From: Lingula anatina
Lineage: Eukaryota; Animalia; Brachiopoda
NCBI GenBank assembly: GCA_051362555.1
Contig: CM120643.1
Span: forward strand, 15,474,644 to 15,538,643
Direction of reading: 5' to 3'
DNA length: 64,000 bases
Below, piece after piece: positions 21,683-34,500 of this stretch (position 1 is the stretch's first letter; each line of letters starts with the position of its first letter). The position numbers and the translations under genes are program-made. The notes below the pieces were generated by a model. It made no database searches and was not told the origin of the DNA. It saw only the letters and a program-made list of their open reading frames with translations.

Positions 21683-23701
21683 GAATCAGTGAAATTACTT
21701 CTATCAATTATGCTATTTTGCACCGAATTTTTTCCATTTTGTCCTTTTCTTTGAGTTCACCATTTCAGTAGAAACTGTTACTTTGTTGGTCAAAATTATA
21801 TTTGCTTCCCTTTTCATCTATTTTTGTTTGTTTATTTTTTGTTTGTTTGATAAAGCTTAATGATTATTGGTCTAGAAATAAAAATCAAGAACCTTTTTCA
21901 ATGGGATAGGCAGGATGGAGCCGTTTTCCTATTCCCGTTACATGTATCCCATATTTCAGTCTCTCCCAACCAGAGGAGCCAGCTGCATATCTCATCACTG
22001 GTCTTTGTTTTTGTTTCATTTCACATAACTCCGCGCACTTTCCGCCTTTCTCTTCCATTTTCCTCATTTCCCCTAGAAAATAACGCAAAGTCAAGAGGGC
22101 ACTGCGCAATTATATGATAAAAGATATACGTCTTAACGCCGCATTTGTTGAACCAATAGAGGAGCTAATGATACCAATTTAGGCACCTTCAGTTCTGACA
22201 AAGCCAGTCTGTTTCATATCCGGTTGCTACCCCTATCAACGCTTTTAAACTAAGTATTTGATTGTTTATCTTTTAAAAATTGTTTTAAGCATTGTTAAAA
22301 CACTTTGTATTTGTGCTTTTTTCTATTAACGTTTTCGTATCAAGGTAGCTGTCATTTTCAGTTTTCCTTGTTATTCTGTCTCTTGCTTTTTACTGAGACT
22401 TTATTGTATTTGGTATAACATGTAAATCATGTAGCTGTTTTTCAAGTGAAACAGTCAGAATTCTGTAAATCAAAATATTTTAGTAATTTTAAAAACAAAG
22501 ATGAAATGAGCTAATTCAGAGCTGATTTGACTGGGAGCTAGAAAAACGGGTACCGCGTCAGGTTTCTCTGCTCAGCTTGATGGGGTCGCAACTCATGTCA
22601 AAAGTTGAGAGTTGCGAAAACAATCGCAAGCAAAGGGGTCATCATTTCTCCCTGTTATCTGCAAGCACGAGGAATCTGTGTATGAAAAGTCACGCAAAAT
22701 AAATACCATTCTGTTTTGGATAAGTTTCCAGAACCACAAAGTCCCACTGTAAACAATTCTCCGGTACCGCTCGGTTCCAGGGTTCGTTTTATAAGGAAAA
22801 GGGAAATTTGCTTGATATGAATTATGAGTTAGTCTCCAAAGGTTTTCCCCTCAAACAGACAGTGAGAAAGACGGAGAGAGTCTAATTTTAATCCGGCATC
22901 TTTTCCGAAAGCGATACAGGGGACCTCTGTTCAGGTATGTAAACCGTTGTCTGAACATATGTTAATTGTCATCAGGTCTGCTTCCACCCTAGCCAATTGA
23001 TATTCAAACATGGGATGAGACAAGCCAATGAAAACTGGACATGACTTCGGTTGTTTCACACGCGATCCTACAATCCAATGAAAAAAGGAAATAGTAGAGC
23101 TTGTTTAACGGGACATTGGGCACATCAATGAAAAATAGGTAATTTGGAATCGTTCCGAGGTTTGCAAACATTATCGGTTGCACAAAGGTTTAAGAAATAT
23201 GGTGTTTTTTGTGTCTGCATTTCGTTTTCATCACGTACGTCTCTTTTTTGTACATCCCAACATGCAATGGTATCGTCTTATTCTTTTACTTCTTAGATAA
23301 AAGAAATAGTCGCATAAAGATCTTCCCATATTTAAATACTTTACAAGTATGGAATATTTGCAAATAATTATTCTTAAATGTTTACACAGTTTTGAAAAAT
23401 TCACTTCAATTCAGATCACTTAGTGTTTGAATAAACGGACGATTGAAATAAAATATGTCAAATATTTGCGAAATCTTTTAGGTTTATATGTTGTAATGAT
23501 ATAGAAACAAAATTACTGCATAGATTCTCAAGATTAGATAAAGAAAAAACGATAGTCGCCCTGTTTACCCAAATGCTCCTACAATACACTTGACTACAGA
23601 GCATTAGAAATCCAAGTCTTGTAATATCAAAAATTTGATATTATATGACAAAATTAGCACTAAGAATATAAATCAATACTAATTGTTAATATGCATTGAT
23701 A

Positions 23702-23743
<42 letters not shown>
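23702..23743. repeat. (AAT)n microsatellite
   Basis: Read directly. Confidence 0.9.
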
Positions 23744-23744
<1 letters not shown>

Positions 23745-23866
23745 CATGACGGCAAATCATGTGTTAGTCAAAAACGGTATTGTTTTATGAGTTTTGTGGC
23801 GAAGGTGGATGTAAATGTTTAACTTTCCCCCAAAAACATAAATAAACAAATAAAGAAAGAAAGAAA

Positions 23867-23897
<31 letters not shown>

Positions 23898-26800
23898 CAA
23901 GATAGCAGGCCATGTATGAAACTGAGACACAAAACCCACGGTGGCGCTTTGTTTTACATAATTCGCCGTCTGTTTCAGTTTCGAATTTAATTCAGCGCAG
24001 CGAAAGTGATTTCCGATGCAGCTCTTGATAAAAGCAATCAAATCAACATCACTTACAGAACATCAAATCAGAATCTACAGCTCATCTTCAATGTCGAACT
24101 AATATGAAATTTCCAAATGGAACAGGAACTTATTAGCCACGTATTCAATCTATAAAGTGACAGTTTGCCGATGGGAAATTGACGTTCTATCTTAGAGCAT
24201 CAATATCAGGATAATAATCGCTAAGACGCATTAGTCTCATCTTCCTGTGTCTTTTTGTCGTAAATTGACTGGAAAACTGAAAAGAACTTAAGAAGAACTC
24301 TTGGTTTTTTTCCGTCAGCGCGCGGTTTAACATCATGTTACGAGAGTGCGCTATTCTTTTTCGAAACTTCGGTCCGCTCTGTTTGGGTTAGTAAATCTAA
24401 ACAAATCATGTAATGCTTTTTTAACATTGCTCATATGTGAGGACCGGGAAATTTAGCTGTCTGATGTTTTCTCATTATCTTAAAGTCTTCTGCCCTCTCC
24501 GTGAATGCTATTCCATTCTCCAAAGAATAGAACGCAGAACAAAACGTACATGTACATTTTTGTTGTTTTCCAGTCTTGTAGAGTCGGTTTCAATCAAGCC
24601 TTCAACTTATATATTGTCACATATTGCAATTGCAAAATGAATGTTCCATATTATTTTGTCAAGCTCTTTGAATCTGACGTATTTTTTCTTACATCAAACA
24701 ACTTAGATTTTTCTCTTTTTCTTCTTCTTCTTACGCACAATCACCGCAAAATTCATTTACTTTTCATTTATTTACAGTCGGAAGACTGGCTTGATTAAAT
24801 AGGGACCCTTTTTGATAAAATTTGAATGATCATTTTGATCATTTCCTTTCTTTGTTAATTCAACGAGACAATGTAACATAAGAATACCCTGGAAAAAAAG
24901 AATGTAAACGAAGATGATGAAACAAAAAATAGTAACTGAAATGATATCCCGAAGGCGAAGGACGTGAAAATATAGGTTATGAAATAAAAAGGAAGTGACA
25001 AAGACATTTGTTATTTGGTTTAATATACCCAAAGGAAAAGACATTTCAGATTTCTCCTTCAATCTAGGTTACTTGTACTACATAAGGCGACAGTAAAGGA
25101 GGCAATGGACGTTTTTTGTTTTTTTGTTTTTGTCTTCTAAAGACGCTTACCTGAAGCTTACAATTTCTTGTATCTAGTAATCAGGAGGATTACAACGACA
25201 ATCGTAACCCTTTATCTGACATTCGTTTACATATTCATTTCAGGTCTTTCTGTTCATGTATGGTTGTCTCTCTTCTTGTGGAAGAAGGACCGCTAATGGC
25301 AAAAGCCTTCACGACCGGTCGTTAGGACCACATCTCGTACTACTAAATAAAAAAGACATAAGGGGACATGTTTTAGCAAATAAAGAGGGTTTTGTGATCA
25401 GTTGCCATTGTTTGACTAAAATATGCTATATTTTGACATCTTTAACCTCTTTAGCTGTAAATAAAAATAATAAAAAAATCCAAATACCAATGATGTAGTA
25501 TCGCCGAAATGCAAAATATGATCTGGCAAACGGACATTGTTTTAATTTTTCATTAAAATAGTCGACACGAAACATGAAGGTAAAATTAAATAAGGCTCGA
25601 TTGAAAAAAATCTGTTTTATGAGTATTCAAAGCCGTTTAAAATAAGCTCTCAGAATTATATTCATAAATTTAGGATGACAATTTGAAAATTAACACTAAG
25701 AAAATGATGACCAAATTTGCAGATTGCGCAAAATCAAATAAGCTTGAAAACCTTCTTAAGGTGATTGAAACTATAAGCTGCAGTCAAACTATGTTTGAAC
25801 GCATTTTTGCGTTCGACGAAGTGTTCATTTAAACCATATTGTCTTCTTTTTTGATTATATATTTTTTTCTAACGCACTATACTATAAAAACATTAGTACT
25901 AATACCACGTCTTTGGCCACCAAGTGGCATTATTTTAAAGCCATCATTACCCGAAGAGTGTTTTCTTCAGCCGGGTCAAAATAATATCCTCCAACTTTTT
26001 CCGCCTGACTTTCTAATAACAGAGAGAGGAAGCGCAAGGATGGAAAAGAGATAAAAGAGAAACAGATTGTCACAACCCATTAGGCCTTTCTGAAAGTCAA
26101 TATCCGATCTGATTTTTAAAGATCATCTCACCGAACGCTTGATTAACTGACTAAATGTCATTTTGTTTTCTGATATGATATTAGAAAAAAATGGTGATCT
26201 GACAAACGGTGGGATATTTTTCTCCGTAGTCGGAGACTTAAGCTTGTAAACAGAACTGGTTGGCTTGTAAAATTTGTCCCCATATTTTAGTGATTTGTCT
26301 TCATAACGAAGGTCACACAAAGAAACTTTTATCTCGGGAAACAGTTCCAAAGCAGTCATGTCGTGCTGTAGGAATATTGTCACTGCCCTTTTTTATCGCC
26401 AATCTACGTCAAGATGTTAATGTCTGAAGGACAAAATGTCCATATGAAGACTTACATGTATAAAGAGAGTAGAAAGATAGATTTTTGATAGCTACAAGGC
26501 AAAAATAGTAAAGGCAACAGCAAAGTATATCGTAAGAGAAAACTCGGATCTTTTGCGCAGTATAAACGCTCTGAAGCTGATTGCCTTTGCCTGCCCCTAA
26601 CTGTACACATTTAAGCAAAAGCGCGCGAGCGATCGTTTGCGTGTGTGCGCAATGACGTGTTCACGCGATTCGTGACACCCCCCCCCCCCCCCTTACGACC
26701 GTGCATCGCTTTGGCCAAGTCTTTCACTTCAGCTTAAAACTGGCGTGCGCGTTCCCACTCAAGTGCAAGATTTCAAGCGCGAACAAGCTTTCAATGACAA

Positions 26801-28380
26801 ACGATTATTAGGCTTTATCAGGAAGTCAGATCTTTTCTTCTCGGGATGCGAATCAGAAGATAAAAAGGAGGCCTTCATCTAAGTTAGCGCGATCCCAGCG
26901 ATAGGAAGAAAGAGATTTTAGTTCTAAGAGGTATCGGGTATCCAGAGCTCTTCCTCGCGTCACTCCGAATCAACGCCCCTTCGATTTTTCTTGCCCACTC
27001 GGAAGGATGTTTAATCTACATTTGACAGATTAAAAGCTTAATGCACACTGAAAATTACCATAAGTAAATTTCGTTTATTGTGTAATTGTGCTTTAATTAT
27101 GCTGCTGCGAAAATTGATAGAAATTCTATCTTGTTTATCCATCAACCCGTTTAAGAAGGGAACAAGATCGACAACGGCGACAAGGCCACCACAGCAGCTC
27201 GTATTGCTAGGGACTCGGAGGTTAGAAGCGTTTGGGGTGCTGTTGTATATTGTCGATTAACTAAGCCTCTGAATAACCTGTGCGTTCATTTATTCATCTT
27301 TTACATGATTTGAATGAAACATTTTATCATACGATGTCTGTGCAAAAGGTACTATTAATTACAGTGAGGATAACGAGATTGAAAAGATACTGTTCATGTG
27401 AACGGGTGAATAAATTAACAGAAAGATTTTACAAAGGATTTTTTTCAGTTAAAAATATAAAAGCACTGGTATACGGTGACTGAAATTTGAAATCTTGCAC
27501 AGTTGCATCCCTCGGGTAGTAAATTTGTTTAAAAAAGGAAATGAATGGCGTTTCTTACACCTCTCTCTCTCTCATCACGAATATAACACGAGAAGGTATA
27601 TCAGCTTCATTATCATCGACAGTATCTATCTTTAAATAATTTTGATAAAAATTAGCTACTTCACATACACGAAGAAAAGAGAGAAGCGAGCGCGCTTTAT
27701 TCTGTTTACGACGGAATCAAAGTTCGGAGCCTCCTAATTTTTGCCAAAGAATAAAACTGTTTCTTTCTTTCTTTCTCTCTCTATCCTTTCATTTTTCACC
27801 CCGTACATCAACCCTCTTCATACTTCATTAAAAATTGCAACACGACTAACAACACTTAAAAGGCAATAATTGTGATTGCGGTTCATTTGTTCGACAGAGT
27901 AATAAAAGGAAAATGGCTTATAAATGCCTTGATATTAAGTACTCATTTAGCCTTGTGCCGACGCAAGAAATCGTTTTTGCATCTGCCATATCGACTTGTA
28001 AAGCCTGAACCGTTTCCCATGTTTCTGCCGGTTTGGATTGGGTCACTACACGACGTTGGCGTCGAGGCAACATCTCTCCATGCCAGCTTGAATTTCTTGA
28101 GTCTACACAACTAGTTTTGTCAATAATTCTGTTTTCAAACATTTCACATACTCAATGAAACGTGTTGTTAATGCCATTTATAGTTATATACAGGCGGATC
28201 GTACATTTTCTAAGTCGGGTAACATCGGTTTAACATCGGTTTTCTTCACATACTCCATACTGTTACATATAGATTTATCTCACAAAGCCGGGTACATTAC
28301 CAGGAAAATACCCGCTACCTAGGGCGGTGTACTTTGTTTCTGCATAGATTTCTGGTACTTGTCTTCTCATCTGATGAAAG

Positions 28381-28419
28381 CGAGAGAGAAAGAGAGAGCG
28401 GCGGAGAGAGAGGGAGAAA

Positions 28420-28486
<67 letters not shown>

Positions 28487-28518
28487 GGAGAGGGAGAAAA
28501 GAGAGGGAGAGGGAAAAA

Positions 28519-28598
<80 letters not shown>
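28381..28598. repeat. Duplicated compound microsatellite [GA-rich-AAATAGT-(GT)n-(GA)n] x2
   Basis: Two units, each with an AAATAGT junction followed by (GT)n(GA)n. Confidence 0.9.
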
Positions 28599-28599
<1 letters not shown>

Positions 28600-31500
28600 A
28601 AAAGTAAATTCACAATCAATCCACAGTGGGGTTACCATTGCGCTCCGTCAGTCCGGGAGACTAGCAGTAGATGTTAATGTCTGCCTTTGGGGGGATTAAA
28701 ACTATGACATCGAGAGAGAAAAATAATCGAATGGACAGTGTACAGGAACATGTCGAGAAGGAGAAGCGTGACACGCGGACATGTGTCGCCATATGGTGCA
28801 GGCTGCTTGCCAAATGTTTTAACACGCACAAGGGGAAATGAATACGGGCATTTAACTCTCGGTCTCTCCGACTTAAAAGGCCAATAATAGTTGTATTGAT
28901 CCGTGGATTAATAGTTACTTCTAAGTATCCTTTTTGTGGTGCAGTGCAGTGGGACCAGGAAATAAATTTTGTGTTTAACTCACTGGGGAATTCGTTTTCA
29001 TTTTTATAATATTCATTTTGCACAAGAACCTACTCGTCTTTGCGGATAAAATGTTTTCTTAACTCCACACAATGGAGGGATGGTTTTCGGTTGATAATTT
29101 TCCTGGCGACAACTGCCCTGTACAACCAACTCCTCAGCGAAAATGACAAATGCATTTTAAATTAATCACACTTAAGAAATTGATCGTGAAACAAATCTTC
29201 AACCAAAGATTTATTGTGTGTCTTCACAGCAAAGCAAGTATTTTCTCTTTCTTTTTTTAGAGGGGAGGGGGGGGGGGGGGGGGGGGGGCACGTCTGACCA
29301 AATTCTTTCGGTGAAACAAATTTAGCAAATTTACGTTTTCATTAAAAGCGAGACGCATTTCAGGAATTTTTTAAATAAATCGATAGAGCTGGATTAAGAA
29401 AAAAGTAACGAGAACAAAATTGAAGTAACAACTTAATTGGAAAAAGAGAAAATTTAATCGTATTGTGGCAAAGCAAAAATGTTAACCAAACACCAAATGT
29501 GCGGAGCAAAAAGTACTAGATAAATAATATTTTTTTTTAATCGGGTAAGAGGAAAAAGAAGCACGTGCAATTGGCTTTGTTCGGTAAACCAATCACTTCG
29601 ATTTGGGGTATTGTCTTTTTCCGTAATAATCACGATTGATTGAAAGATGTCGCTCATTTTACATAAAACATAGTCAACGTTTTTTTAAACATTAAAATGA
29701 ATTAAACAAATAAAGACGGCTATTAAAAGGACAATAAGAAATCCAAATTGCTTTTTATTGATTGCAAATTAAATCTTTTATTGCACATGTCACAAACATC
29801 TCATTTCTTCAGTAAAACACTGACAAGACAACTTGCTCAAGCTAAATTACATCGCCAGTACGAAATGTTGCAATGGTAACATCAACCATGGAAATTTTTT
29901 AACATTTCGGTTTCCTTCAAAAAAAAAAATCATGGTTTTTCGGTGCACTTCTGAATGAACCCGTTATATTGCCGCAAGCCCCAGCGTACTATGACTACAC
30001 CTAAAAACTAGAAGAAAAAAGAAATAGAAGAATTGGTAAGAATTCCACACTGTATTTTGTGAAACTTGACCAGCTTCTCTATCTCTATGCATTTTGCTTG
30101 AATTCAAGTAGAATCCACCACCGATTTTGAGTTGCTAGGAACAATGGTCACCACGGCTGCCTGGCGCGTCCAGCGGATGGTAAATCAAACAACCCATCAC
30201 TGTGCCCTCGTCGCACTGATACAGTAAATGTAATTTTCATGTTCTTAGAGTCTGATGTCAGAAGAGCCGATGGCACGGAAATCATCGAAGTATGCTATAG
30301 CGAAGTACGCAGTTGCGACCATTGAACGCTGTTTTATAGTACACAGCATTATCGTCTACGTAGAAAAAAATAATAAAGTCGAATATACAACTGAGATTAT
30401 TAAAATTAATCCCAGGCAGGCATTTTTCTGAAGAGAAATACACACGATTAAATGTTTTACACAGACTTAGTTGAACATTTGCTTATTTATCAAACACTGT
30501 CGAAATATATTTCACTGATTCTCGAGCACGCAATGAAAAATCCGTAATTAGTTTTGCAGAAATATTTGTAGTTGTTTGCCTAACTTTGCTTATTTTATCA
30601 TATGTTGATACATGTATATCTTCAACTTAAACGAGCTGTTAGCCTATCAAATATAATAGATCTGAGATATATGCCAATGGTATTGGTACTTTACAATTGA
30701 TAATACAATTTAAGGACAACGGAATATTTGTAGATCACATTCTTTAACAAAAACATTCTTTTCACACATGGAAATAAAACGTTTGAGCAGACGCTATATT
30801 TGTACACAAATTGAGCAGACGACAATCGTATACAATTAAAGCAGACGACCGCTCAATCGATTCCAATGTTAAGTGCATGCTTGATACTAAAAGCGCTCTA
30901 AAACATGATTGTAAATGAGAAACCCTCTTAAATGGGCCTGTTAATGAATTTTCCATTGTACTCCCATCAGCTTCGATTTGACGATTTACGCGAAGGGAAA
31001 ATTTCCTTTTTCTTTTCTTCCTCTTGTCATCGTCTATTTATTTCTTTTTATCTCACGTCCTTTCTTCTTCAACATTAGCTTCATTCTCAAGGGACCTCGG
31101 GCTCCGATGAATTTAATACAGCTCCCGTAAACATCGCAGAAAAATATTTTTCTGGACGAAAAAATGTCAGGCCTATCAACACTAGCATTGCACAAAAAAT
31201 ATTAGACAACATTCAATCAAATGCTTAATGGAAAAAATTACTATCAAAGATCATGACATATGTGAAATTTTGAGCGTGTAAGTGAAAATGATATAAAAAG
31301 ATTTCCATATCACTCTAGCTGGGAGACATACAATGAGCTCTAAGTTAAGTGTACTAGTCTAGGGTGTAATCAATATTTTCTTTATTCGTGTATTTTACCT
31401 TGTGGTTTTATAGATATATCATCTTCCATAACAGAACTTAATAGAATTTTGATTATTTCAACGTAAATTTGAAGAAAACAAATGCCGGAGATAGGCAACA

Positions 31501-34500
31501 ATATATGTTCCATGGGGTCGTAATTTTCGAGGAAATGGTTGCCTTATTTTGTTGAATGCCGGGCAACATTTAGGACATAAGAGAACGTTCAATAAATATG
31601 AAAGTTAATGTCAACTTTATATTGAGAATGACTTAAGTGGTTCCTGGCACAGAAGTATAACACAGATATTATTTTATCACTCTATTTCCGAGTACTTTTA
31701 TTGTGGTTCCTGGGTCAGGCATATTGATGTACATGTAGGTATGATTTTTATCTCTCTGTTTTGCGATACCCTTTTTCTATCTGTTGCTTAGGGTGTCCTG
31801 TTAATTCTTTACGGACAAATATATATTATTATCGATTTCATCATGTGTAAATTTGCAAAAATCAATTGGGAAAAAATGTATAGCATCATGTTTTGTACCA
31901 TATACACTCATAAATGTTGATTTCAAACTGAAAGTATTTATTTCCTTTATTGGCATATGTGGTATCTTGTTTAATGCTAAAATTTACCGATACATTTTTG
32001 TCTCTTTAAAAAACAAATAAAGGTAGCTTTTCAGTCAACATTAAAACAAATAACAGAAATTTATTTCCGTTCTTCATTTTCAGTATAAAGCATTTAGTAT
32101 TTATACTCGTAAATAGCCAATGTACATTTTCTTTTCTACACCCCCGCATTAAATTTCAGCATATAGATAATAAAAAGGTATAGGCCTTCATGCATTTATT
32201 CTCAAATTAAAATTTTTAAGGAAAAATGAAAATGTTAAAATCAACACAGAAAGAAGAAAAGAAAGGAAGGAAGGAAGAAGAAAGGATAAATGAAAGAAAT
32301 ATAAATATACGATACGAGGTACATGTAATTTGTAACTTACTCAGTTTTGTTATAAAATGTAACTGCCAGATTATGTGGACTTAAGATACATTAATTTCTT
32401 ACATAGAATCTGTAAAGAGGGCGTGGTGTCGGCCCTAAAGTTTGAAAAACTTACCAAAATAAAAGAAAGAAGATTTTCAAAAAAAAAAAAAAAAAAAAAA
32501 AAAGAAAGAAAAAAGAAAAAGAAAAAAAAGGAAAATGAAAATGAAAAGAAAGGATAGAAAGAAAAAAAATAATCAATAAAGTTAACCTCAGAAATTTCAC
32601 GAAAAAAATAAGTTGCTTCGCCCAAAATTTAAACCTAAATGACGCAGGATTACGTTTAGTTTACGAACATTCTTCATTTTTTTACTTTGTACGTACATAC
32701 TTTTTGCCGATAAAAACAGCCCAGAAACTTAATCATTTCCAACTGAAAGGTGATTACTCGACTATGGTTCAACTAAACAGACAACACAGGTTGTCAGCTG
32801 TAAACAATTCCACGAAAGCAGGCAAAATTTCCAGAAACAAATGTCCATTCGTTTGCAAAGTGATCGATTAACATCGCACATGAATTTCGCCAAATTAGGC
32901 AACTCCTCCTAAAGCGCACCGTGTTTGATATCTCACAGTTCGGCAACAACTCCGCTCGCGCTACCGTTGAACTGACGAGAATAGTTATTTTGTAAGGCTA
33001 CACCGTCATCTTGATTAGAGCCATACGCGTAGCTGAGGGAGCGTGAGGTTCGTTCTAGACGCGTAATTGCTCGTTGAATTTTGAATCAATTGAAACAGCT
33101 TAATTTTGAATGTAACGCTGCACTCGCACCTGCTCTATGACCCCTAGGTTAATGGTGTTGAGCAAACCTAACCAGAAATAGTCGAAGTCGGTGTGTTCTT
33201 GGGTAAGATAGACTGACCGCGTTGAACTCACTAGATCACGGCTGATTAGCAAGGGCAGACTGTTCTTTTTAGGGACATAATCTCTCTTTCTCCTCTCGCC
33301 GCGATGTTACTCACACAGACTGAGGACTGAGTTGAGACCAAAGTCAATGTGTTGTACATGTGTACATATTTCATTATTGAAGATGCAGCAATGATTTATA
33401 GTCTGGCGTATTTATCAAACTTTCTTTTTGCTTAATCAAATATATTATCCTCTTGTTGTCTTTTATACTTTAAGTTTTTAAGATGATTAGATCATATGTT
33501 TAATAAATAATAATCTCTTTCTATAACTCTCTCTCTCTCTCTCTGTCTGATTTTCCCATTTTTGAAAATATCATGAGGTCTTCCGGGAAAAGAACCGTCT
33601 ACTAGTCAGGTTGAACTCTCAATGTGTTGTTTATCCCTGCCCGGAGTAAGAAGGTTGGGTCACCGCTGGCCCGAGGGGACGAAGTGACCGATAGTGACCT
33701 TATGACACCTGGTAAAAATTACTAGAAACCACAGTGGTAGTGAGTGGTAGTGACGTCGTTCTCAATCCTCGACCCGAAAATTTCAGGACGAAGGCTCGTT
33801 TTTGAACATAAACATAACAAGAATTGAGAATATTTACGCAAGGAACAAAAAAATCCCATTTTTGAAAAAAGTTCCGCTATAAAATTATCAACAAGATTTT
33901 TCATCTACAGCCCAGTACACTTTCCCTCACAATTTTAATTTTCATCTACATTTTTTCCGGCTATGAATTGAAAATGAATAAATCAGGCAATCCTTTTATT
34001 TTATAATCACTAAATCAAAACTCAAAATGGGATGAAAAAAGAACATGAATATTTTGTCGTAAAAGAGCGACATATTATGCCAAAACTGCATAAAATACAG
34101 TTTCATTTCTAAGAATTACACCTCCCAGTAGCTTTCATTTTTCTTCCCTTATGTCAGTAGGTGAGAATGAAGAAGATAAATGACTAACTAAGGAGCACTT
34201 CGCAAGAAAAAACAACCTGCTATCCATGCAACCACCGTTTGATTAATTGTCTTAATCCCCATCTGCTTTTTCTACTCTATCTTCTATCAATTTAAACATT
34301 CATTACGACGATCTTAATACGTGTCCTTTATACGCACTAGGTCATCCGCCCTCCTTTTCCACTTTGATGTGAGCGTTGTAATGGCTATCATTATTATATA
34401 ATGTATTTATTTCCCAGAAATTTAAATGAAATAAAACTGAATGTGCATCGTTGAGTGAAATGAGGTTTTACACTAAAATCGACATTCCCCTTCGTATTTA

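Noticed and set aside
22580-22702. 40-codon + strand ORF MGSQLMSKVESCENN...
   Set aside because: Short, no recognisable homology, and ends in a stop without a splice continuation.
28275-28638. ORFs rich in [16 protein letters not shown]
   Set aside because: Translations of dinucleotide microsatellites; the same applies to 9570-9933, 32371-32625, 41491-41713 and 44252-44614.
33015-33215. tRNA/SINE-like fragments (GGTTCG; GTGTTCTTGGGTAAGA)
   Set aside because: No cloverleaf or properly spaced A/B boxes; too fragmentary.
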